From assembly GCF_036365525.1 (NCBI RefSeq), contig NW_027142279.1, positions 992,001 through 1,056,000 of the forward strand: a stretch of 64,000 nt of DNA, written 5' to 3'. Shown here piece by piece: positions 50,651-60,921 of this stretch (position 1 is its first letter; every line of letters starts with the position of its first letter). The stretch is from Heterodontus francisci (Eukaryota). The position numbers and the translations under genes are program-made. The notes under the pieces are model-generated. The model was not told the DNA's origin and did no database searches. It saw nothing but the letters and a program-made list of their open reading frames with translations.

Positions 50651-50960
50651 AGTATCACTCAGATGTACTGGGACAGACAATATCTGGGGAAGGAGCCGCA
50701 GCTGATGTTTTACTCCCTAACTGCACAAAGGGTGAACTCAGAGGGGACAGTGGAGCAGTACCCTCTGCATGTACTGGTACAGACAAGAGCTGGGGAAGGA
50801 GCCGCTGTTGATGTTTTACTCCAATACTGCTAACTATGTGGATCCAGAGGGGACGGTGGACCATTTTACTGCCGAGAGACCGACTGACTCCGAGTACAAC
50901 CTGGAGTCCTCCAGCCTGCGGGAGAATCACTCGGCCTTGTATTTCTGTGCCTGAAGACAT
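50651..50960 (+). pseudogene. TCR beta V pseudogene, chimeric and leaderless (TRBV30-like family)
   Basis: Fragment 1 SITQMYWDRQYLGKEPQLMFYSLTAQRVNSEGTVE fused at ~50754 to fragment 2 SSTLCMYWYRQELGKEPLLMFYS..SALYFCA*; TGG>TGA at 50952-50954; FR1 and leader missing. Confidence 0.92.
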
Positions 50961-50999
50961 CACAGTGACTCAGAGGGATGGAGCTGTTGAACAAAAACC
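50961..50999 (+). promoter_or_regulatory. 23-RSS, perfect consensus
   Basis: CACAGTG - actcagagggatggagctgttga (23) - ACAAAAACC. Confidence 0.97.
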
Positions 51000-51753
51000 C
51001 AAAAGGCTGCAGGAATCACCTGTTTCAGATAAAATTGCTCTGTGCCTCGATCTATTGTTCCCTTTTGCAGAGTGAAAGCGTTTATTACAATAAAAAGAAC
51101 TGAGTTATGATTGTAGTGACAAATTGAATTTACAGGTACTGGCAATGGTGCAAAGAACGATGAATAAGGATGTCACGAGATAGGGAGACAAAGATAGCGT
51201 CAAAGACAGCGAGACAGCAAGAGAGACATAATGAGAGAGAGAGATCGACAGAGTGGACAGCGGGAGAGAGGAGGAGAGAAAGAGAGACTGAGATTAAAAA
51301 AAAACAAAGCCTGAGACACATAGGGCGATAGAGATAGAGACAAACACAGTGACAGAGAAAGAACTAAAGAGATAGCAAAACTAAGAAATTGGGAGAGAGA
51401 GAGAGAGAGTCAGATAGAGACGGAGAGAGTGGAAGGTAAACTGAGAGAGAGGGAGAGTGCGGAAGGTAAACTGAGAGAGAGAGAGAGTCAGAGAGAGGGA
51501 GACAGCGAAAGGTAAACTGAGAGAGAGGGAGAGAGCGGAAGGTAAACTGAGAGAAAGAGAGAGAAGTAGATTGGCAAACAATTTGATTGTGATTTGTTCA
51601 CCTGGGGGAATGGGCGTCTCCAACATTGTATCACTTCCTAACGCTCTTCATGTTCCTCCCAATGATTTGTAAAGAGTGGATTTGGACCCTCACAAGACTC
51701 TAAGCTCCTGATCTCACTCCTATGTCTATTAATAGAACAAGTTGAAGTGAAAG

Positions 51754-52210
51754 ATGCATCAGTTACTGGGTCTGATAATCCTGTTACATTGTATGTGAGT
51801 GTGAAATGCAAAAAATTATTGTTAATAACTTTCCTCTCCTCTCTCTGTCTCCCTTTCATTCCCAGAAGTTCCCTGTTTACTGATATCCTCCTCTCTCCAT
51901 CTCTCTCCCGGATGTGAACTCACAGACTATCCACCCGATTCCTGCCGCTGTCTCCAGATTTCCCGGGAAAGGAGTGGAACTGAGGTGCACTCTGGAGGGG
52001 AGCAGCAGTATCATCTCCATGTACTGGTACAGACAAGAGCCGGGGAAGGAGCCGCTGCTGATGTTTTACTCCAGTATTGCTAACTATGTGGATCCAGAGG
52101 GGACGGTGGGCGGTTTCACTGTGGAGAGACCGACTGACTCCCAGTTCAACCTGGAGACCTCCAGCCTGCAGGAGAATCACTCGGCCGTGTATCTCTGAGC
52201 CTGGAGTCTT
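51754..52210 (+). pseudogene. TCR beta V pseudogene (TRBV30-like family)
   Basis: Leader 51754-51790 MHQLLGLIILLH; acceptor mutated AG>GG (51910-51911); V exon 51912-52210 SQTIHPIPA..C..MYWYRQ..; second Cys codon is TGA (52196-52198) followed by AWS. Confidence 0.95.
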
Positions 52211-52249
52211 CACACTGACTCAGAGAGATGGAGAAGTTCAAGAAAAACC
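52211..52249 (+). promoter_or_regulatory. 23-RSS, non-consensus
   Basis: CACACTG - 23 nt - AGAAAAACC. Confidence 0.92.
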
Positions 52250-52569
52250 CCAAAGGCAGCAGGAAACACCTGTTTCAGATAAAACCAGGCGGTGCTGCGT
52301 CCTGTTGGATGTTTTCATCATTGGGAACATGTTTTTCACAAGACAGGGCGGATTTAAATAGATAGAGACTGGTTAGAAATAGAAGCACAGGGGAATTGTG
52401 AAATAGACTTTACAGGAATGATATCAGGAAACAGAGGTTAAAGTTATCAAGATAGTTTGAACATCGGGGGATCTTTGTTCCAGAAAGGAGAAGAATGAAG
52501 GGTAAACCTTCATCCGTCTTAGAGAGATAATTAAAGACTTTAATATGTGAAGTGAAGATCAAATAAACA

Positions 52570-52583
52570 CAGATAGATAGAGC

Positions 52584-52638
<55 letters not shown>

Positions 52639-52680
52639 GGATACATACATACATACAAACATTCATACATACATACATAC
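52570..52680. repeat. (GATA)n/(CATA)n microsatellite
   Basis: Direct reading; shorter paralog at ~57420-57460. Confidence 0.95.
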
Positions 52681-52994
52681 GGTGTGGTTTGATGTCACAG
52701 TGTTTTCTTTCTCCAAAGGGACAGCAGAGTGCGCTGTAGGACCATGATAAACATCAGAGTCTGGAACACACTTGAACAGTAACCTGGGAACACAAGGAGA
52801 CCATTCATCACCTCGGAAACACTCCGTCCTTCAATGAGATCATGACTGATCAATAACTTCTTGTCGGTCCCTCTCTGCATTCCCCCCCTCTCTCTCTCTC
52901 TCTCTCTCCCTCCATCCCTCTCTCTCACTCTAGTTACCAAGCTGGTGTAAAATGAGAGAATGACAATTAACAACCCTGCCTTTTACAGGGGCAG

Positions 52995-53530
52995 TGACTG
53001 TCTCTCTCGCTCACTATTTCTCTACCTCTCTGACTTTCCCTCTATCTCTCTATTTCTCTACCTTTCCATATATCTATCTGTCTACCTGACTGTCTCTCTA
53101 TCTAGCTCGTTATTTCTCTACCTATATGACTTTTCCTCTATCTCTCTATTTCTCGACCTCTCTCCATATCTATCTGTCTACCTGACTGTCTCTCTATCTA
53201 GCTCGTTATTTCTCTACCTATATGACTTTCCCTCTATCTCTCTATTTCTCGACCTCTCTCCATATCTACCTGTCTACCTGACTGTCTTTCTATCCAGCTC
53301 GCTATTTCTCTACCTATCTGACTTTCCCTCTATCTACCTCTCTCTCTATATCTACCTGTCTACCTGACTGTCTCTCTATCCAGCTCGCTATTTCACAACC
53401 TATCTGACTTTCCCTCGATCCCTCTATTTCTCTACCTCTCTCTATATCTATCTGTCTACCTGACTGGCTCTCGATCTATCTATCTCTCTACCTGGTTATC
53501 TATCTCTCTGTCTCTCTATCTATCTAACTC
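52995..53530. repeat. Pyrimidine-rich ~96-bp tandem repeat; paralogous array ~57835-58400
   Basis: tc(t/c)agctcg recurs at 53101, 53197, 53293. Confidence 0.85.
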
Positions 53531-54734
53531 TATCTTTAGGTGATTACAGTTTGTATGAATTAATTAAACATATTGCAGTAATGTAATGAATGCCCATCTT
53601 TTCATAGATTTTCTATATATTAACCAGTTGATGATCTGGTTTGTCATCAATTATCTATCAAAATCCTCTATGATCTTCAATATCTAGAATAACATCTTCC
53701 ATTAACCTTCTCTGCTCTAAGGGGATAAACCCCCAGCTTCTACAGTCTCTCCACAGTAACTGAAGTCCCTCATCCCTGGTTCCAGTCTGGTTCATCTCCC
53801 TCTAACCTTCACTATACAGAGGTGAACAACTCCCCAATGTACAGGAACTAACCCAGCTCAGAACCCTTAGCCATCTGAGCACTGTTTCACACTGTAGAAA
53901 GGCGAGACCGCTCTCCAGATACCTTCATCTCTGGGACACCTGCCTCCTGACAGCGAGTTCAGAAGCTGCTGAAAACTCTTTACCCACTTTCATCTCAGAC
54001 TCGAGTCACATTTGATGTGTTCTTCAAAGAAACTAGCAGTTCAGACCAGTGAACTATTTCACACTTTAACTCCGATTCAGCAACGAGGTACGGGAGCAGA
54101 GCAGTTATGTTACTGGACTAGTAATCCAGAGGCCTGGACTAATGATCCCCAGATATGAGTTCAGTTCTCAGCAGGGGCAGAAATGGAATTTAAATTTAAT
54201 TAAGTAAATAAATAAAATCTGTAATGGAAAGTAAGAGCAATTCTGAACATGGAGTGCCGTAAAAACCCAACGTATTCATTGATAACCTTCAGGGAAGGAA
54301 ATCTGCCATTCTTACCCGGTCTGGCCTATATGTGACTGCAGACCCACAGCAATGTGGTTGACTGTTAACTGCCCTCTGATATGGCCCAGCAGGTATTCCC
54401 GAAGATGGTTCACCACCACCTTCTCAGGGGCAATAAGGGATGTACACACTCTCTGGGTATGGAGGGTTGTTTCCCTGAATTCTACTCTATCAAATCCCTT
54501 TCTGAAATGTGAACACCTCTATTCAATCTCCCCCTATCCTCCTGTGTTGTATCATTCTACAACATTGCTTTGCAAAGTAATGGGGAGGAGCAGAGTGTCG
54601 CAGTAAGTGACTGCCAATCACAATGACAACCGGATGCTGGGTATTTAATTGGATACAATATAGAAACCGACTGCAAGTGTGTTGTTGAAAACTCCACACG
54701 TTCACACAAAGAGTTAGTATCGAATGAAGAAATC

Positions 54735-55500
54735 ATGTTGCTTGAAGTTCTCTGTCTAATCTTGATGGCTGCACCTTTCCCACGTAAGTCAAAGTCTCAA
54801 ACTGTAGAATAATGTATGGTCATGTCAGCGGTGATTCTGTTCCGTAACACTCCTGTGTCTGAGTCTCACTACAGAACATTGAGCTCAAAGTCAAGGCTAA
54901 CACCCCAGGTGTCAGGACTGAGGGAGTGTTGCGCTGTCACAGAGGCAGTACTGAGGGAGTGCTGCACTGTCGCAGCGGCAGTACTGAGGGTGTGCTGCAC
55001 TGTCGCAGCGGCAGTCCTGAGGGAGTGCTGCACTGTCGCAGAGACAGTACTGAGGGAGTAACTACATTGGTTGCAAAGCCCTTTATGATGTCCTGAGGTC
55101 CTGAACGGCGCTATATTAATGGAAGCCCTTTCTTTATTGCAATGCAGCTCCTGCTCCAATCCATTATTGACAGAAATAATAATCTAATCGATGTTCCATT
55201 CCACAGGAATACTCTCCTCCTATGTGGAACAGTCGCCCTCGATCCTATCTATTGCTGCAGGAGAGTCGACAACACTCAGATGCACGCTGATTAATACTGG
55301 CTATACAAGAATGTACTGGTACAGACAACAACCAGACAGGGCACTGGAAGCTCTGTTCTTTTCTGCTACAGAAGGGTCTGTTACCAATTACACGTCCGAG
55401 TCATTTAAGGCAGACAGAGCCAGCAATACACTGTTTACTTTGGCACTGAGAGACGCCACTCCATCTCACACTGCTGTCTATTTCTGCGCTTGCAGTATCG
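54735..55500 (+). CDS. TCR beta V segment, apparently functional (distinct family)
   Basis: Leader 54735-54783 MLLEVLCLILMAAPFP + gtaagt; V exon 55207-55500 ILSSYVEQSPS..LRC..MYWYRQ..TAVYFCACS, open, both canonical Cys and Trp, followed by 23-RSS. Confidence 0.93.
54850..55136 (+). mobile_element. Deu-domain SINE (SacSINE1/AmnSINE-like) with internal 33-bp expansion, inside the leader-V intron
   Basis: ttgagctcaaagtcaaggctaacacccc..actgagggagtgctgcactgtc core and tail cattggttgcaaagccctttatgatgtcctgaggtcctgaacggcgctatattaat. Confidence 0.7.
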
Positions 55501-55539
55501 CACAGTGTTTGAGAAAGCGGATCCGCAGCTGCAAAAACC
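55501..55539 (+). promoter_or_regulatory. 23-RSS
   Basis: CACAGTG - tttgagaaagcggatccgcagct (23) - GCAAAAACC. Confidence 0.97.
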
Positions 55540-55559
55540 TGCAGCGGATGAACGGGAGT

Positions 55560-55736
55560 TCAGTGCTCATCTTCCACCGACAGGGGGCAGCAGAGAATGA
55601 ATCTCAGTGCTCATTTGTCGCCAGCAGGTGGCAGCAGTAGATTGAATATCAGTGCTCATTTGTCGCCAGCAGGTGGCAGCAGTAGATTGAATCTCAGTGC
55701 TCATTTTCCGCCAGCAGGTGGCAGCAGTAGATTTGA
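55560..55736 (+). promoter_or_regulatory. Four tandem 44-45-bp units each carrying a CTCF-like motif
   Basis: Units start 55560, 55604, 55649, 55694; cores caccgacagggggcagca and 3 x cgccagcaggtggcagca, each preceded by tcagtgctc. Confidence 0.8.
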
Positions 55737-56439
55737 GCCACCCTGATGGTTATGGGCCCAGTAATGAGCACAGACCAAGCTGTCGAATAGATCAGCAGCC
55801 CAGTGTGACCCATATATTGTTGAACCTACTTCCCTTGGGCCAGTGTTGCAGGAAATGATTGCCAGGACTCCCAGCTGACTATTTGTGCATCAACATCGGC
55901 CTGTTTTTCTTAATTCGTTCATGAGATGTGGGCCTCGCCGGCTAGGCCAGCATTTATTGCCCATTCCTAATAGCCCTTGAACTGGATGACTTGCTAGGTC
56001 ATTGCAGAGGGCTTTTAAGAGTCAACCACAATGTGTGGATCTGGAGTCACAAGTAGGCCAGACCAGGTGAAGGAGGCAGATTTCCATCCCTAATGGACAT
56101 CAGTGAACTAAATGGATTGCTGCAATTTCATGATCTGTATTGGTGGGATTCACCCTCACGTTACAAAAACACTAGCTGAGGCTGTGGATGAGGAGTCTAG
56201 TTAAATTAGCAACACACGAATACATCCTCCACAGGAGCAGATCATTTGGAATCCAGATGTCTATCATTGGGAATCTACATGTGGCTAATTTGGGAATGCC
56301 GATGAGGTTCATTTGGAATCTGGATATGAACAGTTGGAGATTTCTAATCAATAAGTTAGGAACTGAACAACAGACACCCTTGTTGAGGATGTTAACAACA
56401 CTTAATCCAGTCACTCAGCCATCATAAGCAACCACGTCC

Positions 56440-56606
56440 ATTCTGATTGGTCGGCTGGTGGAAGGGGGCGTGTCCAACACTGCATCACGTCTTCATGCCC
56501 TTCATGTCTTACTCAATGATTTGTCAGGAGCGGATTGGTTAGTCACAGAACTGATCTCATCTGTTCCACTGCCTTTGCTGTTTGACAGGGCAGTGTCAAG
56601 TGGGAG
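56440..56606 (+). promoter_or_regulatory. Putative V promoter (inverted CCAAT, GC box)
   Basis: ctgattggtc, aagggggcgtgtcc, second gattggtt; related GC box upstream of the paralogs at 51754 and 23593. Confidence 0.5.
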
Positions 56607-57058
56607 ATGTATCTGTTCCTGGCTCTGATAATCCTGGTTCAACGTAAGTGCCAAATAGAAAGATTATCAGTCAGAACCTTCCTCTCCTCTCCCTGTCTTT
56701 CTTTCATTCCCAGAAATTCCCTGTTTACTGATCTCCTCCTCTCTCCATCTCTCTCCCAGATGTGAACTCACAGACTATCCACCAGATTCCCGCCGCTGTC
56801 TCCAGATTTCCCGGGAAAGGAGTGGAACTGATGTGCACTGTGGAGGGGAGCAGCAGTAACCTCAACATGTACTGGTACAGACAATACCTGGGGAACGAGC
56901 CGCTGTTGATGTTTTACTCCAATACTGCTAACTATGTGGATCCAGAGGGGACGGTGGATGGTTTCACCGCCGAGAGACAGACTGATTCCCAGTTCAACGT
57001 GGAGTCCTCCAGCCTTCGGGAGAATCACTCGGCCGTGTATTTCTGTGCCTGGAGTCTT
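56607..57058 (+). CDS. TCR beta V segment, TRBV30-like; intact ORF but defective RSS heptamer
   Basis: Leader 56607-56643 MYLFLALIILVQ + gtaagt; V exon 56760-57058 VNSQTIHQIPAAVSRFPGKGVELMCTVEGSSSNLNMYWYRQ..LMFYS..SAVYFCAWS. Confidence 0.93.
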
Positions 57059-57097
57059 CAGACTGACTCAGAGAGATGGTGCAGTTCAACAAAAACC
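57059..57097 (+). promoter_or_regulatory. 23-RSS with CAC>CAG heptamer change
   Basis: CAGACTG - actcagagagatggtgcagttca (23) - ACAAAAACC. Confidence 0.9.
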
Positions 57098-59159
57098 CCA
57101 AAGGCAGCAGGAAATACCTGTTTCAGATAAAATCAGGCGGTGCTGCATCCTGTTGGGTGTTTTTATCATTGGGAACATGTTTTTCACAAGAAGACAGGCG
57201 GATTTCAATAGAAAGTAACAGGTTAGATATGGAAACACAGGAGAATTGTGAAATCGACTTCACAGGAATGATATCAGAACACAGAGGTTAAAGTTATCAA
57301 GATAGTTTGAACATCGGGGGATCTTTGCTCCAGAAAGGAGAAACTGAAGGGTAAACATTCAGCGTTCTTAGAGAGATTATTAAAGATTTTAATATGTGAA
57401 ATGAAGATCAGATAAATACAGATAGATAGAGAGATCGATAGATAGAGAGATAGATACATACGTTGTCGTTTTATGTCACTGTGTTTTTTTTCTCCAAAGG
57501 GACAGCGGAGTGCGCTGTAGGACCATGATAAACATCAGAGTCTGGAACACACTTTAACAGTGACCTGGGAACACAAGGAGAACATTCATCACCTCGGAAA
57601 CACACCGCCCTTCAAGGAGATCATGACTGATCAATAACTTCCTGTCGCTCCCTCTCTCCATCCCTCTCTCTCACTCTCTCCATCTCTCTCTCTCACTCTC
57701 TCCAACAGTCTCCCTCCATTCCTCTCTCTCCCTCCCTCTCTTTCCCTCTCCCTCCATCCCTCTACCTCATTCTAGTTACCAAGCTGGTGTAAAATGAGAG
57801 AATGCCAATTAACATCCCTGTCTTTTACAGGGGCAGTGACTGTCTCTCTGTCTGGCTCGTTATTTCTCTACCTCTCTGAATTTCCCTCTATCTCTCTATT
57901 TCTCAACCTCTCTCTATATCTATCTGTCTACCTGACTGTCTCTCTATCCAGCTTGCTATTTCTCTACCTATCTGACTTTCCCTCGATCTACCTCTCTCTC
58001 TCTGTATCTACCTGTCTACCTGACTGTCTCTCTATCTATCCATCTCTCTAACTGGTTATCTATCTCTCTGTCTCTCTATCTATATATCTCTCTAACTGGT
58101 TATCTATCACTCTGTCTCTTGATCTATCTATCTCTTACCTGGTTATCTATCTCTCTGTCTCTCTATCTATATATCTCTCTACCTGGTTACCTATCTCTCT
58201 GTCTCTCTATCTATATATCTCTCTAACTGGTTATCTATCTCTCTGTCTCTCTATCTATATATCTCGCTAACTGGTTATCTATCTCTCTGTCTCTCTATCT
58301 GTATATCTTTCTAACTGGTTATCTATCACTCTGTCTCTCTATCTATCTATCTCTATACCTGGTTATCTATCTCTCTGTCTCTCTATCTGTCTAACTCTAT
58401 ATTTAGGTGCTTACAGTTTGTATGACCTAATTAAACATGTTGCAGTAAGGTAATGAATTACCACCTTTTCATAGATTTTCGATATATTGACCAGTTGATG
58501 ATGTGGTTTGTCATCAATTATCTATCAAAATCCTCTATGATCTTCAATATCTGTATCTCATCTACCATTAACCTTCTCTGCTCTAAGGAGAGAAACCCTC
58601 AGCTTCTCCAGTCTCTCCACAGTAACTGAAGTCCCTCATCCCTGATACCAGTCTGGTTAATCTCTCTCTAACCTTCACTACACAGAGGCGAACAACTCCC
58701 CAATGTACAGGAACTGACTCAGCTCAGAACCCTTAACCATCTGAGCACTGTTTCACATTGTTCACAGACGAGACCCCTCTCCAGATACATTCATCTCTGG
58801 GACACCTGCCTCCTAACAGCGAATTCAGAAGCTGCTGAAAACTGTTTACCCACTTTCATCTCAGACTCGAGTCACATTTAATGTGTTCTTCAAAGAAACG
58901 AGCAGTTCAGACCAGTGAACAATTTAACCCTTTAACTCCCATTCAGCAAGGTGGTACGGTCGCAGAGCACTTATGTTACTGGACCCGTAATCCGGAGGCC
59001 TGGAATAATGATCCCCAGACATGAGTTCAATTCCCACCAGGGCAAAATGGAAATTAAATTCAATTAATTAAATAAATAAATAATTTGTCATGGAAAGTAT
59101 GAGCAATCCTGAACATGGAGTGTTGTAAAAAACCAATGATGACCTTCATGGAACGAAAT

Positions 59160-59645
59160 AGAGTCTTCGAGTTATACAGCACAGAAACAGGCCCTTCGTC
59201 CCATCGTGTCTCTGCTGGCCATCAAGCACCTAACTATTTTAATCCCATTTTCCAGCTCTTGGCCCGTAGTCTAGTATGCTATGGTGTTTCACGTGCTGAT
59301 CTGAATACTTCTTAAATGTTGTGAGGGTTCCTGCCTCTATCACCTCTTCATGCAGTCCGTTTCAGAGTTCAGCCACCCTCTGGGTGAAAACGTTTTTCCT
59401 CAAATCCCCTCTAAACCTCCTGCCCCTTACGTTAAATCTATGTCGCCTGGTTATTGACCCCTCCACTAAAGGAAAACGTTTCTTCCTTTCTAACCTATCA
59501 ATGCCCTTCATAATTTGTTCACTTCACTCAGGTCACCCCTCAGCCTTCTCTGCTCTGAGGAAAACAACCACAGACTTTTCAGTCTCTCTTCATAGCTGAA
59601 ATGCTCCATCCCAGGCAACATCCTGGTGAATCTCCTCTGCACCCA
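59160..59645 (-). mobile_element. CR1 3' fragment
   Basis: Reverse complement of [19 protein letters not shown]; tail acagcacagaaacaggcccttcg. Confidence 0.85.
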
Positions 59646-60262
59646 AAGATAGTGAACATTTACTCTTGTAACATCTCAGCTTTTCTGAAATGACCCTTCC
59701 AGCAATGCACACATCCCATCACTGAATACATTCAGATACAATTGGAAGTGAGCAAGCTTGATAATGATGATGGAGTGAGCATCTTTTCATGGTTATGAGG
59801 CTGCTGAGGGTGAGGCTGACACAGATAATGGCGGTCGGGAGGAGGGTGGTAATGTGTCCTCAGATGGTAATGATGAGTGTGAGGATGGTGTCAGGATGAA
59901 TGTGGTTATGATCAGGGGAGTACTGAAGGTATTGATGATACCAACACACCCGCCCATTTAATCACCTCTCCACCACAGAAGATAGTTTACATCACATTTC
60001 TGCAACTTTCAAAGACATGAAACAGAACTGCAGGCCCAGAAACCGATGAGCTGGGGCTCAAACATTGGTCCCTCCCCAGAAATGACGAGTCCTCGGTGAG
60101 CCCAGAGCAAAGATAGAAAGCTTGGCTCCGCCTAGGAAAATGTTGAAGATGATGGAGAGAGAAGCTGCAAATTCCAGCCAGTGCCCAGAACTTTGAGATA
60201 CTCTACAATAAAAGTTCTCAGTCATTTCATATAAAACCACACGGATCCTTCACCCTCCAGAG

Positions 60263-60882
60263 ATGGCTGTGTCTCAGCTCTGGGTTGTGTTGTTGGTGTT
60301 AACGGGTAAGGAGGTGCCTGAACTGTGAGGTTACAATGATGTACATGTGTCTGCTTCTCAGTCTCTGTCTGTCTTTGTCTCTCTCCTTCTCACTCTGTAT
60401 TTCTTTCTCTGTCTCTCATTCACTCTCGCTCTGCCTCTCTGCCTCCATCTGGTCCCCACCGCTCTCTCTCTCTCTCTCTGTCTGTCTGCCCACTTCTACC
60501 TCTTCTTGTTGATAACGATATAGACAGTTTCCCTGTGCTAATCTCTCTCTTTCTCTCTCTCTCCCTCCCTCTCTGTTTTACAGATGTGGGGGCCGTGTTG
60601 ATCCAACAGACTCCCTCTTCCATATCCCATTCCCCAGGCTCTCCAGTCAGGATCGAGTGTACTTACACTGAAGCAATAGCTAGCTCTGTTTTCTACTGGT
60701 ACCGATGGCATCTGGACCGTGAGCCCGAGAACCTTTTCTATTCCTACGGTGCTGGAACGGTCACTCCCTCCGGTGAGGTGGACGGTTTCACCGCCAGGAG
60801 ACCCGACAACACCCATTTTTACCTGGAGTCCTCCAGCCTGTTGGTGAATCAATCAGCCGTGTATTACTGTGTCTGGAGTCAG
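60263..60882 (+). CDS. TCR beta V segment, apparently functional
   Basis: TATAAAA 60230-60236; leader 60263-60305 MAVSQLWVVLLVLT + gtaagg; V exon 60584-60882 DVGAVLIQQTPSSISHSPGSPVRIEC..FYWYRW..LFYS..SAVYYCVWSQ. Confidence 0.95.
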
Positions 60883-60921
60883 CACAGTGACTCAGAAAGG
60901 CGCCGGAGTTCAGCAAAAACT
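60883..60921 (+). promoter_or_regulatory. 23-RSS
   Basis: CACAGTG - actcagaaaggcgccggagttca (23) - GCAAAAACT. Confidence 0.96.
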
